This document shows, in pieces, positions 19,842 to 29,863 of a stretch of DNA of 64,000 nt; positions within the stretch are counted from its first letter, which is position 1; every line of letters begins with the position of its first letter. The notes below the pieces were generated by a model. It made no database searches, was not told where the DNA came from, and was given only the letters and a program-made list of their open reading frames with translations. The stretch comes from a virus, in the IMG/VR virus record IMGVR_UViG_3300027762_000003, positions 1 through 64,000 of that record, one strand, 5' to 3'. The position numbers and the translations under genes are program-made.

Positions 19842-20117
19842 TTAATAATATCTACGAGTCCTGTTTTTAGCGAGAATCATGATATCCGCACCTACCCTAG
19901 TCGCGACACCTTTACCGTAAGATGCGTTGGTCATCATCCTTGGGTTAGGGATCTCTTTTCCAGTTGCATCCGAGATGACCTTACGCCCTCGGATAGTAAC
20001 CGATTCATCCGCATTCCCCCCTTGCGCTGCCTTTGATTTCTCCTGAGTGCCACCGCCATTTCTAACGGAGTGAACATAGCGATTAAGCAGCGCCATCTCT
20101 TCTAAAGATAGACCCAT
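19842..20117 (-). CDS. Hypothetical protein of tail operon
   Basis: TAATG stop-start overlap at 20115-20119 fixes the start at MGLSLEE. Confidence 0.6.
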   Translation of the reverse strand: MGLSLEEMALLNRYVHSVRNGGGTQEKSKAAQGGNADESVTIRGRKVISDATGKEIPNPRMMTNASYGKGVATRVGADIMILAKNRTRRYY

Positions 20118-20779
20118 TAGACTATCCTCCCCCAAAGCTGATTTTGCCTGAATAAAGAAGTCGAGCCGGTCTGGATATTTGCAGCCGGTGAAAGGACTTG
20201 ATAAAGCTTGACAACCGCCTGGCAATATCGCACTCCTAAAGTACCCGCACCCCCATTGGTAATGTCAATGGTGTTGCCGGAAATATTATCTTTCAATGTG
20301 ATAGTGGTCGAGTTTGTAACCCCTACATAATAAAAAGCGTCCGCAGTCGTTCCACCCGGTGCTGTAGCTCCTGCTATTTCATGGATCATTACCCGGTCAT
20401 TTTCCGCAAAACCATGGGCAGCGCCAAAGGTGATCGTATTATTTGCGGGGGAAATTGTGGAAATAATAATCTCTGGAGTCGCGCTAACTGCTGTCGGTTG
20501 AGCCATTACAAAAGTCGAGATCACAGTAAAGTCATCCGCACCTGTAATGATGGCTTCTACAAGCGTTTCAGCCTGGAGAGTTAGCGATTTCCAAGATACT
20601 GCATTAGCGTTAAAATTAAGGAGCGGGCGCGTTCCTTGATCCGTGATTTCGTTGCTGTAATATTCTAAGTCAGTCGTGTCTATTGTCGGTGCGGCTAAAC
20701 TACAAAAGCCTAACCGCCATTGGTAGGCATTGATGTGTAGTTTAGCTAAGTCTAATATTCCTTGTTTAGTTGATGGCAT
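20117..20779 (-). CDS. Probable tail structural protein
   Basis: beta-rich; NTITFGAAHGFAENDRV...YYV...TITL motif typical of phage tail appendages. Confidence 0.6.
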   Translation of the reverse strand: MPSTKQGILDLAKLHINAYQWRLGFCSLAAPTIDTTDLEYYSNEITDQGTRPLLNFNANAVSWKSLTLQAETLVEAIITGADDFTVISTFVMAQPTAVSATPEIIISTISPANNTITFGAAHGFAENDRVMIHEIAGATAPGGTTADAFYYVGVTNSTTITLKDNISGNTIDITNGGAGTLGVRYCQAVVKLYQVLSPAANIQTGSTSLFRQNQLWGRIV

Positions 20780-20787
20780 AGTAATTC

Positions 20788-21144
20788 TTAAATAGCTAAG
20801 TGTTCAATCTCTAAATCATCTAATATTAGCTCTGGTGTAGCTAGTATATTGCAAGTCTCATCCCATAAAGATTTATTGATTAGTCCATGGTAAATATGAT
20901 CATAAATTTGAACACAGTATCCTCCTAGTGCTTGCCCTTGGTTGATGTATCTACCTCCATTTAAATCCATGACGCTAGTAAACTCTACAGTCCCTTTATC
21001 GTTAGGGTAGGGGGACGCACTACCAAATAACTCAAAAAAGAAGATCTGTAAATGTTGACTAGCCTGACCAATAAAGTCATGCGATCGCCTCCACCTATTA
21101 GCGCTTTCGTAGTCGTCAAAGATTAAATACTTCATATTCCCCAC
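20788..21144 (-). CDS. Hypothetical protein (possible fibre chaperone)
   Basis: Overlaps the end of the large tail gene. Confidence 0.5.
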   Translation of the reverse strand: MGNMKYLIFDDYESANRWRRSHDFIGQASQHLQIFFFELFGSASPYPNDKGTVEFTSVMDLNGGRYINQGQALGGYCVQIYDHIYHGLINKSLWDETCNILATPELILDDLEIEHLAI

Positions 21145-24100
21145 CTGGTCATCATTTCGTTCTCTATTTTAGCAATGTCAGTAGTTGAATAGGAATCGCT
21201 AAATACAGCTATTTCCGCTACATACATCTGAGCCATATATCCCTCATGGGATCTACCTATTAAAAAGTTAATCGTATCTCTGACGAAACTCGTTTTATAT
21301 GACTTATCCCAAACTACGGTTAAGCAGAAAAAGTTATTGATTGGAGCGCAGCTAAAGGGAGAGGATAGCCCACTACCATTTTTTCTGACTAATGCGGGGG
21401 ATGGGTTATTATTGAAATAAGTCTGCCCTGATTCAAATAGATAAGAGCGATAAGCTGGAGCGTTTTGGGCGGGGTAAGAAAAGACTTGTCCAAAGGTTGA
21501 CCAATTTGCCCCAACTGAGCGTAATACCGCACATATACCGTAAACATGGGGGGATGCTTTTGCGTGGTTGGACAGCCATGTTGATCCGTTAAAGTGGACT
21601 GTATCTCCTAAACGGGCATCTGAATAAATTAAAGGCTGATTAACTTTTGTTGTTTGTATCGCGTCCTCTCCAGACCCATTGTTAGCCCAAGCGGAAACAC
21701 TATTAATTCCTGAGCTGGTATCAATGGTCAATCCCATATCAGCTCTAAACCAATAGTAAAGATCAAAGGAGGCGATATCTGTGTAAGAATGAGTAGCTCC
21801 AATATTCCACCTTGCTATCATCTCATCTTCAATGTCCTCAATATCTGGCGCACTTAAAGCGGTATCATGAATTACAATTTCTGCGAGATAAAATCCTAAA
21901 TAGTAATTCTCGAAACTTCTATTAATTCTAAAGTTTTCAGCCCCTGAAATACGGTTATTTATATAAGTGGGATTGAATACCACGGTAATACAGAACCATT
22001 CATCTATTGGAGCGCAATTAAATGGTGATGAAACGCTTATTTTATTCCTCCTTACTAATGCGGGGGATGGGTTATTATTGAAATAAGTCTGCCCTGATTC
22101 AAATAGATAAGAGCGATAAGCTGGAGCGTTTTGGGCGGAGTAAGAGAAGACTTGTCCAAACAAAGGTACTTGGATAGTTCTCCACTGTGGTAGAGTGCTT
22201 CTAATGATCGCCGTGAAGCCATAATAAGCTTTAGTTACCCCACTATCTGTTAATCCCAAGAAAGTTGGGTTGTCGAAATACGCAGCGTTAATTTTGCCGA
22301 CTTTGAAATATTGGGGCTGATTTGATTTAGTGGTTTGAGTTAGTGACTCAGCAGATCCTTGGTTAGTCCAGGTAGAAATCCCCGCATAAGTCGTGTAGTC
22401 GATTGTGATACCTTCGTCAGTCCTGAACCAGAAGCGGGGGTTAAGAGCGGCGATCGCGCTCGTTCGATCCTCATATTCCAATGCCCCGCCATAGTTGAAT
22501 CCGCCGGTTAATTCATGAACGCTCGTTTGATCCTCATATTCTGACGTACCGCCATAATTAAACCCGCCGGTTAATTCATATATCTCACCAAGCACGTAAG
22601 CTAAATTTCCACCGTAGCCTACCCATGCCTCAGCATTGATGATGGTGGGAATGATTTGCTCCAATTTCCCCGTATACCCCCACAGATACTCAGTTTTCAC
22701 ATAGGGAATATAAGCTTCTGATAAGTCGCTACCGTGGAGATACTCCCCTTCAGACTCGACGATCTGATCGCCGTGGATTGTCATACCCCCATAGTTCCAT
22801 TCGTCTATTAAATTGAACTCCTCTGGTGTGTTCGGATCGAAGTTGAACCACTGCGCCGATCCGCCATGCCTCCACCCTCCCGTCAGGATAGGTACAGGTT
22901 GGGGGATGATTAATGGGGGCGGTGGAACCGGTGACGGACTCGGTACGGGTACAGGAGAGGGGACTGGAGTTGGTGCGGGGGTGGGGGCGATCGGATCTTT
23001 GGGGTCTGTGGGGATGATGGGGGGCGGGTTGAGCTGCGGGTAGTATTGCTGAGTGCGGATAAAGAAATTCGGGACGCTCTTATAAAGGATGAGATCCATG
23101 GACATCAAAGCGGTATCGTTTTCCAGAGTCCAGGAAATTCCCTCTGCGATATACATGAAGGTTCGATCAAGGCTCGTGAACTTGTTGCGTCCGTACTCCT
23201 GCACTTTAATGAAGCCCACTGGCTTGAAGTTCTGAACGATATCTTCTCGCAGTGGGATAACTAGTTCGTGAAGCCAAACACGCCCTTGATCGAGGGCGGC
23301 GATCGCATTACCGATTTCGGACAAGTTCGACTTGTCTTTGATGAACTCTAACCGGATGTCTTTTTGCTTGGGGCGATACTCTGCATAGGCTGGCGCTTGC
23401 ATCTCGACTTCGCATTCAATGTTCTCGGTTTCCTTACCAGAGCTTTCTTCCTGCATTGCGTCGCTCATGGTTTCCGGTTCGGGTGGTTGAGAGTCTCCCG
23501 AGTTAGAAAGAATGTACTCGGATTCTTCCATATCCACCCTTAAATTAAGGGCATCCTCCCTAGAAACCGCATCATCTCCTCTGGCTATCTTGCCATGAGA
23601 TTGCCAGACAACTTTATTCCACTGCCATTCATCTTTCCTAAATTCTTCCCAGGTCTGCTCTTCTTTGTAGGTAGGAACAAGATCTAGTATCCAATTGGCA
23701 TTATTAAACAACTCGTAGGCACTCTCAAAAGGCCAATAACCAAACTCCCTCTCAACGTCCCTTGGGGACATCTTGACACCTTCATTCTCCTTCTCGGATT
23801 CTGACTCTTCCTCCTCTTCTTTTTTGTCTTTCTCAATTACATACTTCTTCCCGTACCACATCTCGAATTTATAGTATTTTGACGTGATAGATCCTTTAGG
23901 TTCCTTAATTAATTTTGTATACTTATTAGTGACTCCGGTCTTTTCGTCAAAAAACCACTTTTCCTCAACTTCCCTGATCGGCACTGTCATTGTAGCGATA
24001 TCAACGTTAGCAAAATAGTTCCTGTAATATTCTACCTTCTCTCCAGTGTTTGACCTTTCAACTTCTTCCGGTATCTGATCCATTAAATCCTTTAGAATCT

Positions 24101-25229
24101 CTCCTGGCATCCTTTGCTCGAATGTTTCTCGTTTATGAAGAATTCCATCGGAATTGTAATACCATTTTTCTTGAATTCCTTCTTTTGATATTAAATACCC
24201 CTGCCCTCCCCTCTTTGCCCAAAAAACTAGCCCTCTACGCCGCCTAATTGCTGTTGTTACCCAACGAATCCACCCATCCCCATTTTTTTCCCATCTATCG
24301 CACTTCTTCTCCTCTATGACCCATAAGTTGTTTTTTGATTCCGAAAATATACTCCCATTTGCTGGTTCAAGATCAGCCATTGTCCCATGAACCCGACGGG
24401 TAGAACACCCATCGTCCTCTTCTTCCCCTTCCTCTCCTTCCTCCCCATCACTCGTATCGCCCTCTGCTGTGAACAGGTACTTACTTGGGGGAATATCCAT
24501 ACCTGTGATGGACTTATAAGATATCTCCATCCCGTTATCACCCCCAATCACAATATCGGGGAACTTATGGCTAATCTTACTGGGAACGATGCGAACGGCT
24601 CTAAGTTTTTCGGTGTTGTCGATCCAAAGAGCATGACCGCCACCAAATGCGATATCACCGCACAATTCAATATAGGAGCCACTCCCTAATTTATCGGCTT
24701 TTACGGCAAGCGGATAATCGGGAATTGTGCCCTGTAACTGAATATTCGGAATCCCCTGCTCTTTTGCGAGATTGGAGAGGATTTCATTAATAATTTGATG
24801 TCTAGGCTTTTCCTGCTTCTTAGTTTCCTCCTCCTGCTTATCCTTATCTGGTGGGGACGCAAAATCAAGCAGGGTCAGCAAGCACCCAATTTCAATCTCA
24901 ATGTAATCTTTACCAGGGTAGGGAGGTGCGGGGTCTCTGATGATTCGTAGCGCTCCCCTGGGGTGTCTGTATCTAAACCATCTCCCGTTTCTGCTGAATT
25001 CGACTTCAATAATGACAGGCGATCCCCTGGAGAATATGGGGTTAGTTCTGGAGTCTAGATCGATCACCCCATTATCCATAATTTGCAGGGTTCCCGATGT
25101 CTTTATCAGTCCACGGCTAATCTTCTCATCGCTAACACCAAAGAAAGTACCACCACCGCCAACGAGTTCGGAGACATCCACGCCTCCGACAGTTACCATA
25201 TGAGCGATCGCCCCTGCAAATACGGTCAC
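21132..25229 (-). CDS. Large tail tip/hub protein with two C-terminal LamG/ConA-like receptor-binding domains
   Basis: 1365 aa; two repeats WFR(T/A)DxG...W(T/A)NxGS...QTTKxNQP...AEI; Pro-rich hinge. Confidence 0.7.
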   Translation of the reverse strand: MTVFAGAIAHMVTVGGVDVSELVGGGGTFFGVSDEKISRGLIKTSGTLQIMDNGVIDLDSRTNPIFSRGSPVIIEVEFSRNGRWFRYRHPRGALRIIRDPAPPYPGKDYIEIEIGCLLTLLDFASPPDKDKQEEETKKQEKPRHQIINEILSNLAKEQGIPNIQLQGTIPDYPLAVKADKLGSGSYIELCGDIAFGGGHALWIDNTEKLRAVRIVPSKISHKFPDIVIGGDNGMEISYKSITGMDIPPSKYLFTAEGDTSDGEEGEEGEEEDDGCSTRRVHGTMADLEPANGSIFSESKNNLWVIEEKKCDRWEKNGDGWIRWVTTAIRRRRGLVFWAKRGGQGYLISKEGIQEKWYYNSDGILHKRETFEQRMPGEILKDLMDQIPEEVERSNTGEKVEYYRNYFANVDIATMTVPIREVEEKWFFDEKTGVTNKYTKLIKEPKGSITSKYYKFEMWYGKKYVIEKDKKEEEEESESEKENEGVKMSPRDVEREFGYWPFESAYELFNNANWILDLVPTYKEEQTWEEFRKDEWQWNKVVWQSHGKIARGDDAVSREDALNLRVDMEESEYILSNSGDSQPPEPETMSDAMQEESSGKETENIECEVEMQAPAYAEYRPKQKDIRLEFIKDKSNLSEIGNAIAALDQGRVWLHELVIPLREDIVQNFKPVGFIKVQEYGRNKFTSLDRTFMYIAEGISWTLENDTALMSMDLILYKSVPNFFIRTQQYYPQLNPPPIIPTDPKDPIAPTPAPTPVPSPVPVPSPSPVPPPPLIIPQPVPILTGGWRHGGSAQWFNFDPNTPEEFNLIDEWNYGGMTIHGDQIVESEGEYLHGSDLSEAYIPYVKTEYLWGYTGKLEQIIPTIINAEAWVGYGGNLAYVLGEIYELTGGFNYGGTSEYEDQTSVHELTGGFNYGGALEYEDRTSAIAALNPRFWFRTDEGITIDYTTYAGISTWTNQGSAESLTQTTKSNQPQYFKVGKINAAYFDNPTFLGLTDSGVTKAYYGFTAIIRSTLPQWRTIQVPLFGQVFSYSAQNAPAYRSYLFESGQTYFNNNPSPALVRRNKISVSSPFNCAPIDEWFCITVVFNPTYINNRISGAENFRINRSFENYYLGFYLAEIVIHDTALSAPDIEDIEDEMIARWNIGATHSYTDIASFDLYYWFRADMGLTIDTSSGINSVSAWANNGSGEDAIQTTKVNQPLIYSDARLGDTVHFNGSTWLSNHAKASPHVYGICAVLRSVGANWSTFGQVFSYPAQNAPAYRSYLFESGQTYFNNNPSPALVRKNGSGLSSPFSCAPINNFFCLTVVWDKSYKTSFVRDTINFLIGRSHEGYMAQMYVAEIAVFSDSYSTTDIAKIENEMMTRWGI
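21388..22160. repeat. 107-bp direct repeat pair (21388-21494 and 22054-22160), 2 mismatches
   Basis: Direct base comparison. Confidence 0.95.
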
Positions 25230-25313
25230 AAATTCCCCTTATTCCAACACTATGCCTATCTTAATTCCGTGGTGGGCAGGCTACACTAGAAATATACTTA
25301 CTCTAAAGTAGCC

Positions 25314-25514
25314 ATGATTAAAAAACGGAAACTCAACATCGCCCAACTCCGAGAAAAACGGGGACTGACGCAACGTCAATTAGCAGCAGAAATCGGAGTC
25401 GCACAAAAGACCATATCAAATTGGGAAGTAGGTCGTTACGGCTTCATGATGATCGACACGGTTGTAAACCTTTGCCAGGCTTTGGACTGTAAACCAGAAG
25501 ACTTAATCAGTTAA
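25314..25514 (+). CDS. XRE/Cro-C1 HTH transcriptional regulator
   Basis: IAQLREKRGLTQRQLAAEIGVAQKTISNWEVG...LCQALDC. Confidence 0.92.
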   Translation: MIKKRKLNIAQLREKRGLTQRQLAAEIGVAQKTISNWEVGRYGFMMIDTVVNLCQALDCKPEDLIS

Positions 25515-26131
25515 AAACCACGCTGCAAGATTTCCAATTCTGTAGCGGTGAAATCGACCGAAACATACCCAAACCGCACCGAGCCAAATTGAGCCATGGT
25601 GAAATCTGTTAGAGCGACGTTGTAGACTCGGTAGCCAGCATGATTGAAGTATCCATTGGCAATAGGATCGCTTAGGTCTGGGCTTCCAGGTTCCTGGCTT
25701 GCTCCGAACTCACCGATATTCCACGATGCCAGTGCCCTGGATGTTCCAGGATCTTGTTTCCCTAAAACATTTTCAGAGTAAAACGAATCCGCATAGATCG
25801 TATCCTCTAGCAGAATTCTCCACTCATCCCCCGCCGCCATGTCGTAACGTTGGCGATCCAGCATTGATTGGATCGCCCAAGCCGATTTCTCTTTCACTAT
25901 CCCCCCAGCAACTTTCCATTGCCAATAGCGATGATAGAACGAATCTTTCATGAAGATATTACCCCAGTGTGATCGCTCGATCTTCCTCTCTGAGATCATC
26001 GATTTCTGCACCGCTCCATAATCTCGGAAGATATTCACGGTGACTTCCCATACTGGAAGGCGCTTGTAAACTAAGCGAATCCTCCCCCATGGCTCTTGTT
26101 CTTCTGGAATAAAGGGTGGGGATAGTGGCAT
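25511..26131 (-). CDS. Hypothetical protein, possibly distal-tail-like
   Basis: 206-aa ORF just upstream of the tail-tip gene on the same strand; ends VSVDFTATEL. Confidence 0.5.
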   Translation of the reverse strand: MPLSPPFIPEEQEPWGRIRLVYKRLPVWEVTVNIFRDYGAVQKSMISERKIERSHWGNIFMKDSFYHRYWQWKVAGGIVKEKSAWAIQSMLDRQRYDMAAGDEWRILLEDTIYADSFYSENVLGKQDPGTSRALASWNIGEFGASQEPGSPDLSDPIANGYFNHAGYRVYNVALTDFTMAQFGSVRFGYVSVDFTATELEILQRGF

Positions 26132-26137
26132 AGGGCA

Positions 26138-26455
26138 TTAGGGGAGAAGGGTTTCTAGTTCTTTCTTGACTGTATTTTCTGCTATCCTAGCCTCCTCAAC
26201 GCAGTCAAAAGTTGCCTTACCTTGCGCTAAAGCTTGGAAGATTTTCTCAAGGAAAAGAACAGCAGCGCGTTGGTTCTCAAACCCGGCAAGCGGGTGTCCA
26301 TATATGTCTCCGCCCTGCGAGAGAGATACAGTTGCGGAACATACAATATAGGGTTCCTCAAATCCATCAAATTCACATTCCGATCCATCATCTACGGAGA
26401 TACTGTTAACCAATACTGTGTTAACAAGTAAATTATCCTTTGTTTTCATCCACAT
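26138..26455 (-). CDS. Hypothetical protein (paralogue of 32597 and 32863)
   Basis: Shared pattern MxxxTxDxxxxN...A...LxxI...xxG. Confidence 0.6.
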   Translation of the reverse strand: MWMKTKDNLLVNTVLVNSISVDDGSECEFDGFEEPYIVCSATVSLSQGGDIYGHPLAGFENQRAAVLFLEKIFQALAQGKATFDCVEEARIAENTVKKELETLLP

Positions 26456-26466
26456 ATTTTTGTAGT

Positions 26467-27039
26467 TTACCTAGCGATCGTGACTTCGTGCTTCTGATCT
26501 TGGTATTTGCCGACACCGTAAGATTCACGGCAAGGAGCGCCTTCAAATAACAGCACTTGGGCAATTCCTTCATTGGCATAAACCTTGATTGGGTTGGGGC
26601 TTGCGTTGAAGAACTCTAATGTTAAATGACCGCGCCAACCGGGTTCTACTGGGGTCATATTCGTGATCAGCCCACATCGAGCATAGGTCGATTTTCCCAT
26701 ACAGATTCCTAGTGCGTTCTCAGGCATATTGAATTCTTCAACTGATACGCCCAAAGCGTAAGAATTGGCAGGTAAAAGAAAGAATGTACCCGTATCATTA
26801 GTCGATGCACCCGCCTGCTTGAATATCCCAGCCTCTAAGTCTTTGGGGTCTACAACCGTCCCTCTCGGTTGAAAAATTCTGAAATCTTTTGAGGACAAGC
26901 GAATATCGTAGCCGTAGCTTGACAATCCAAAGCTAACGGCACTCGCTACACCGCTGATTGTTTCTATGATTCGGGTTTTCCCTGACAGGAATGGGTTGAA
27001 TATTTTCTTTTCTTCTATTTGTCTATCGCTCAGAATCAT
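26467..27039 (-). CDS. dcd: dCTP deaminase
   Basis: MILSDRQI, SFGLSSYGYDIRL, GKSTYARCG, TPVEPGWRGHLTLE, GKYQDQ. Confidence 0.95.
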   Translation of the reverse strand: MILSDRQIEEKKIFNPFLSGKTRIIETISGVASAVSFGLSSYGYDIRLSSKDFRIFQPRGTVVDPKDLEAGIFKQAGASTNDTGTFFLLPANSYALGVSVEEFNMPENALGICMGKSTYARCGLITNMTPVEPGWRGHLTLEFFNASPNPIKVYANEGIAQVLLFEGAPCRESYGVGKYQDQKHEVTIAR

Positions 27040-27069
27040 ACTATAATGGGGTAAATTTCTACCATTATT

Positions 27070-27345
27070 ATGGCACAAAATAAACACCGCGTGAAGTTGG
27101 ATTTTAATTTGCTCACGCCCGGACAAAAAGAGATGTTTCAATCTATCGCATCCTATGATAAAGATTCAGCATATCGCTACTATAAAATAGTCACCAGCCC
27201 CGACTACGGGATGATCACGAATACAGAGAGTAAGAAGCAGAATTATGGAATTCAAAGTAACCACGATCGCCAAAACCCCAAACCCACAACAAGTCACATG
27301 GTGCGCTATGCACCAGTGCTATTCCTCGCACCCTATTGGAATTGA
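27070..27345 (+). CDS. Hypothetical protein overlapping the thyX 5' end
   Basis: ATG 30 bp from the divergent dcd start, across an ATAATGG-N12-CCATTAT palindrome. Confidence 0.4.
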   Translation: MAQNKHRVKLDFNLLTPGQKEMFQSIASYDKDSAYRYYKIVTSPDYGMITNTESKKQNYGIQSNHDRQNPKPTTSHMVRYAPVLFLAPYWN

Positions 27346-27958
27346 AGAGCTGCCCACTGAAGAGAAGTGTGGGGAGATTGTGGTACGTCGGTTGTTGAAG
27401 GGCGATCGCGGTCATTATGGCCCGTTAGAGCATCCTCAAATCACTTTTGCTTGCGCTAATTTTCCCCATAGCGTAATGCAGCAGGCACGCACCCACAGAG
27501 TCGGGGTGAGTTTCGATTGCCAGAGCATGAGGTACACGGCAGAGCATATTCTGATGGTTGCTAAAGGAGAGCGCTTACCGGAGGAGGTCTTCTATTTGCG
27601 TCCGGTTGGGGAATACGGCGATCGCCAAGGAACCCGATACGAATACACTCACGAACTCAGAGAGCAACACCTAAGTCTCATTCAGGATATGTGCCAGTCC
27701 TATGCTGATGCCGTGGACATGGGGATGCCCTACGAACAAGCGCGGGGGTTGATTCCGTTTGATGTCCGTCAGCATTTTGTGGTGTCATTCAACTTGCGCT
27801 CGTTGATGCACTTTCTAGACTTGCGCGCCAAAAAAGACGCACAACTCGAAATTCAAAAGCTGTGCGAATCAATGATGATGGAGTTTGAATGCTGGTGTCC
27901 GGCGATCGCCCAGTGGTACAAAGAGAATCGATGGGGGAAAGCGAGGTTAGCGCCATGA
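27245..27958 (+). CDS. thyX: FAD-dependent thymidylate synthase
   Basis: GHYGPLEH, QQARTHRVGVSFDCQSMRY, NLRSLMHFLDLR...AQLEI. Confidence 0.96.
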   Translation: MEFKVTTIAKTPNPQQVTWCAMHQCYSSHPIGIEELPTEEKCGEIVVRRLLKGDRGHYGPLEHPQITFACANFPHSVMQQARTHRVGVSFDCQSMRYTAEHILMVAKGERLPEEVFYLRPVGEYGDRQGTRYEYTHELREQHLSLIQDMCQSYADAVDMGMPYEQARGLIPFDVRQHFVVSFNLRSLMHFLDLRAKKDAQLEIQKLCESMMMEFECWCPAIAQWYKENRWGKARLAP

Positions 27959-27960
27959 TA

Positions 27961-28161
27961 CTAAGCAGGAAGTCCTGGGACACTGAGTTGAGATACTTTA
28001 GGGGTAACTATAAGTCTGAGTATCTTAGGCTCTAATTCTAGCGGACTATCTTCTATTACTTCTCCGTCTAATACAATTATTCTATGGATCGGTGAGTTCC
28101 AGTGCCTCTCTCTTTCTGTCTTTGGGAAGAACAGAGTCCAATGTAGCCATACAGAATTCAC
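27961..28161 (-). CDS. Hypothetical protein
   Basis: 66-aa ORF only. Confidence 0.35.
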   Translation of the reverse strand: MNSVWLHWTLFFPKTERERHWNSPIHRIIVLDGEVIEDSPLELEPKILRLIVTPKVSQLSVPGLPA

Positions 28162-28232
28162 GTCTGAAGGACTGCGGGTTGAGATACTTTTAGGATTGCC
28201 AGATCCATACCCTGCAAGGGTTAAAGTAAGGA

Positions 28233-28275
28233 AAAAGCCCGCAATCCGCTACGCTGTCAGGGATTGCGGGCTTTT
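28233..28275. terminator. Intrinsic terminator
   Basis: AAAAGCCCGCAATCC...GGATTGCGGGCTTTT. Confidence 0.8.
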
Positions 28276-28281
28276 CAAATG

Positions 28282-28692
28282 TTACGTTTCAAGCAGTTCT
28301 TTGTATTCCGCGATTATCGCGGGTAACTTGTCGACAACGAATTCTTCCGCCTCGAATTGGCTCCACTCCTTGTGGATCGACTCGATTTCTCTGTCAATCT
28401 CCCTTGACAGATCCAAGGGGAGATCCCCATTGTAATATGCATCGAATAAGGCACTTGGATTATAGTGCCTTGCTTTGCCTTGCATCACGAGGTCGATGCA
28501 ATCCAAAAATGCATCTTTTTTGCTTTGAAAGCCGAAAGAGAGTCCTTCTAAGGAACCAACACATACCCATCCGTCAATCCGACCCGGCTCTTGGACTGCC
28601 CTGTATTCCTCTTCTGGAAGATCTGGATTTACCCAGATCTTCCAATTATGCTCTCCTGAGTTCAAATTCGAGAGAAAATCTTTAAGGCTCAT
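28282..28692 (-). CDS. Hypothetical protein
   Basis: AGAGG SD, own family promoter (28721-28751) and terminator. Confidence 0.65.
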   Translation of the reverse strand: MSLKDFLSNLNSGEHNWKIWVNPDLPEEEYRAVQEPGRIDGWVCVGSLEGLSFGFQSKKDAFLDCIDLVMQGKARHYNPSALFDAYYNGDLPLDLSREIDREIESIHKEWSQFEAEEFVVDKLPAIIAEYKELLET

Positions 28693-28752
28693 TGTTGCTT
28701 TCCTCTAAGTTCTTATTTTTTAATAATAGCAAGATGTCCCGTTATTGTCAAG

Positions 28753-29793
28753 CTAAAGATCCTCCCAACCCTCAAGTCCGGATGACATCACGTAGCTGGT
28801 AACCCCCGCTTCAAAGAAGTTGGACTTAGTGGAAGCGTCAGCAGAAGTGTCCGCAAACCGCTCCAGGTGAGCATAGGGGTTTTTCTCTTGTTCGTAGAGC
28901 GTGTCCAGTCCGATCGCTTTTAGCCGGATGTTGGCCAAATAGCGCGTGTATTGCTCTGTACTTGCCTCGGTTATTCCCAGAATCTGATCGCCGATGATGT
29001 GATTTGTCCACCTGCACTCTTGCCGTACCGCTTCACGGAACATCTCACTGATTTGGGCTTTCGAGTGGGGGAAGACCGTCATCCCCTCTGTGATCAGCTT
29101 CTGAAAGATGCGGACGTGGGATAGTTCATCTCGGTTGATGAGCCGGAAAACATCGGCGCTACCAGACATGAGCTGACGACTAGCCAAGTTGTAGAAGAAG
29201 CAGAATCCGTTGAAGAAATAGAGACCCTCTAAAAGGTAATTCGCAATTAGGGTGATGAAGTAGTTCTCCTCCGTGGGGTCATCGATATACTGCTGGTAGT
29301 ACTGTGCAATGAACTCACAGCGCTCTTTGAGAATGGGGTCGGTTCGCCAAAAGTCATAGATGTCGTTACGGCGATCGCCCGGCACAATCGCCTCAAGCAT
29401 AGTCTGATAACTTTGGCTGTGCAATGCCTCCTGTGATGCCTGCTCGGTCAAACACAAGGCGATTTCAGGGGCGGTGATAGGACTTTTGATGTAGGGCAAA
29501 TTATAGGTTTGCACTGAGTCCAGGAATGTGAGGTAAGAAAGAATCCCGTCATAGGCGCGGCGTTCATGGATGGTCAGATTGGCGTAGTCCGTCACGTCCG
29601 TGGTGAGGTCGAGCTTTTCGGGTATCCAGAAGTTCTCTCTCATCTGCTTGTAAATCTTGGCGGCCCAATCATAGCGGATATTGTTGAGCTGCATCAGGTT
29701 GGTGGATCTGCCGTGCCACGCTTTCCGGGCTTCACGGCGATCGTCTCCTTGGGGGTTAAATACTGGGTTGGGTTTTAGTGTTGGTTGGTTCAT
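28753..29793 (-). CDS. nrdB: Ribonucleotide reductase class I beta subunit
   Basis: FWIPE, LDSVQ, EALHSQSY, LLEGLYFFNGF, DELSH, NFFE. Confidence 0.95.
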   Translation of the reverse strand: MNQPTLKPNPVFNPQGDDRREARKAWHGRSTNLMQLNNIRYDWAAKIYKQMRENFWIPEKLDLTTDVTDYANLTIHERRAYDGILSYLTFLDSVQTYNLPYIKSPITAPEIALCLTEQASQEALHSQSYQTMLEAIVPGDRRNDIYDFWRTDPILKERCEFIAQYYQQYIDDPTEENYFITLIANYLLEGLYFFNGFCFFYNLASRQLMSGSADVFRLINRDELSHVRIFQKLITEGMTVFPHSKAQISEMFREAVRQECRWTNHIIGDQILGITEASTEQYTRYLANIRLKAIGLDTLYEQEKNPYAHLERFADTSADASTKSNFFEAGVTSYVMSSGLEGWEDL

Positions 29794-29863
29794 GGTTGTT
29801 TTTGGATTAGATGAAAGAAAATCGCCCTCATTTAAGATAACAAGGGCGATCTAGAAGGGTTGA

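Noticed and set aside
21388-22160. Diversity-generating retroelement TR/VR pair in the tail gene
   Set aside because: Only 2 mismatches, neither is A-to-N on the coding strand, both copies are in-frame domain parts, and there is no reverse transcriptase in the window
27040-27141. N-terminal extension of Dcd
   Set aside because: The family start MILSD is at 27039; the extension overlaps a divergent ORF
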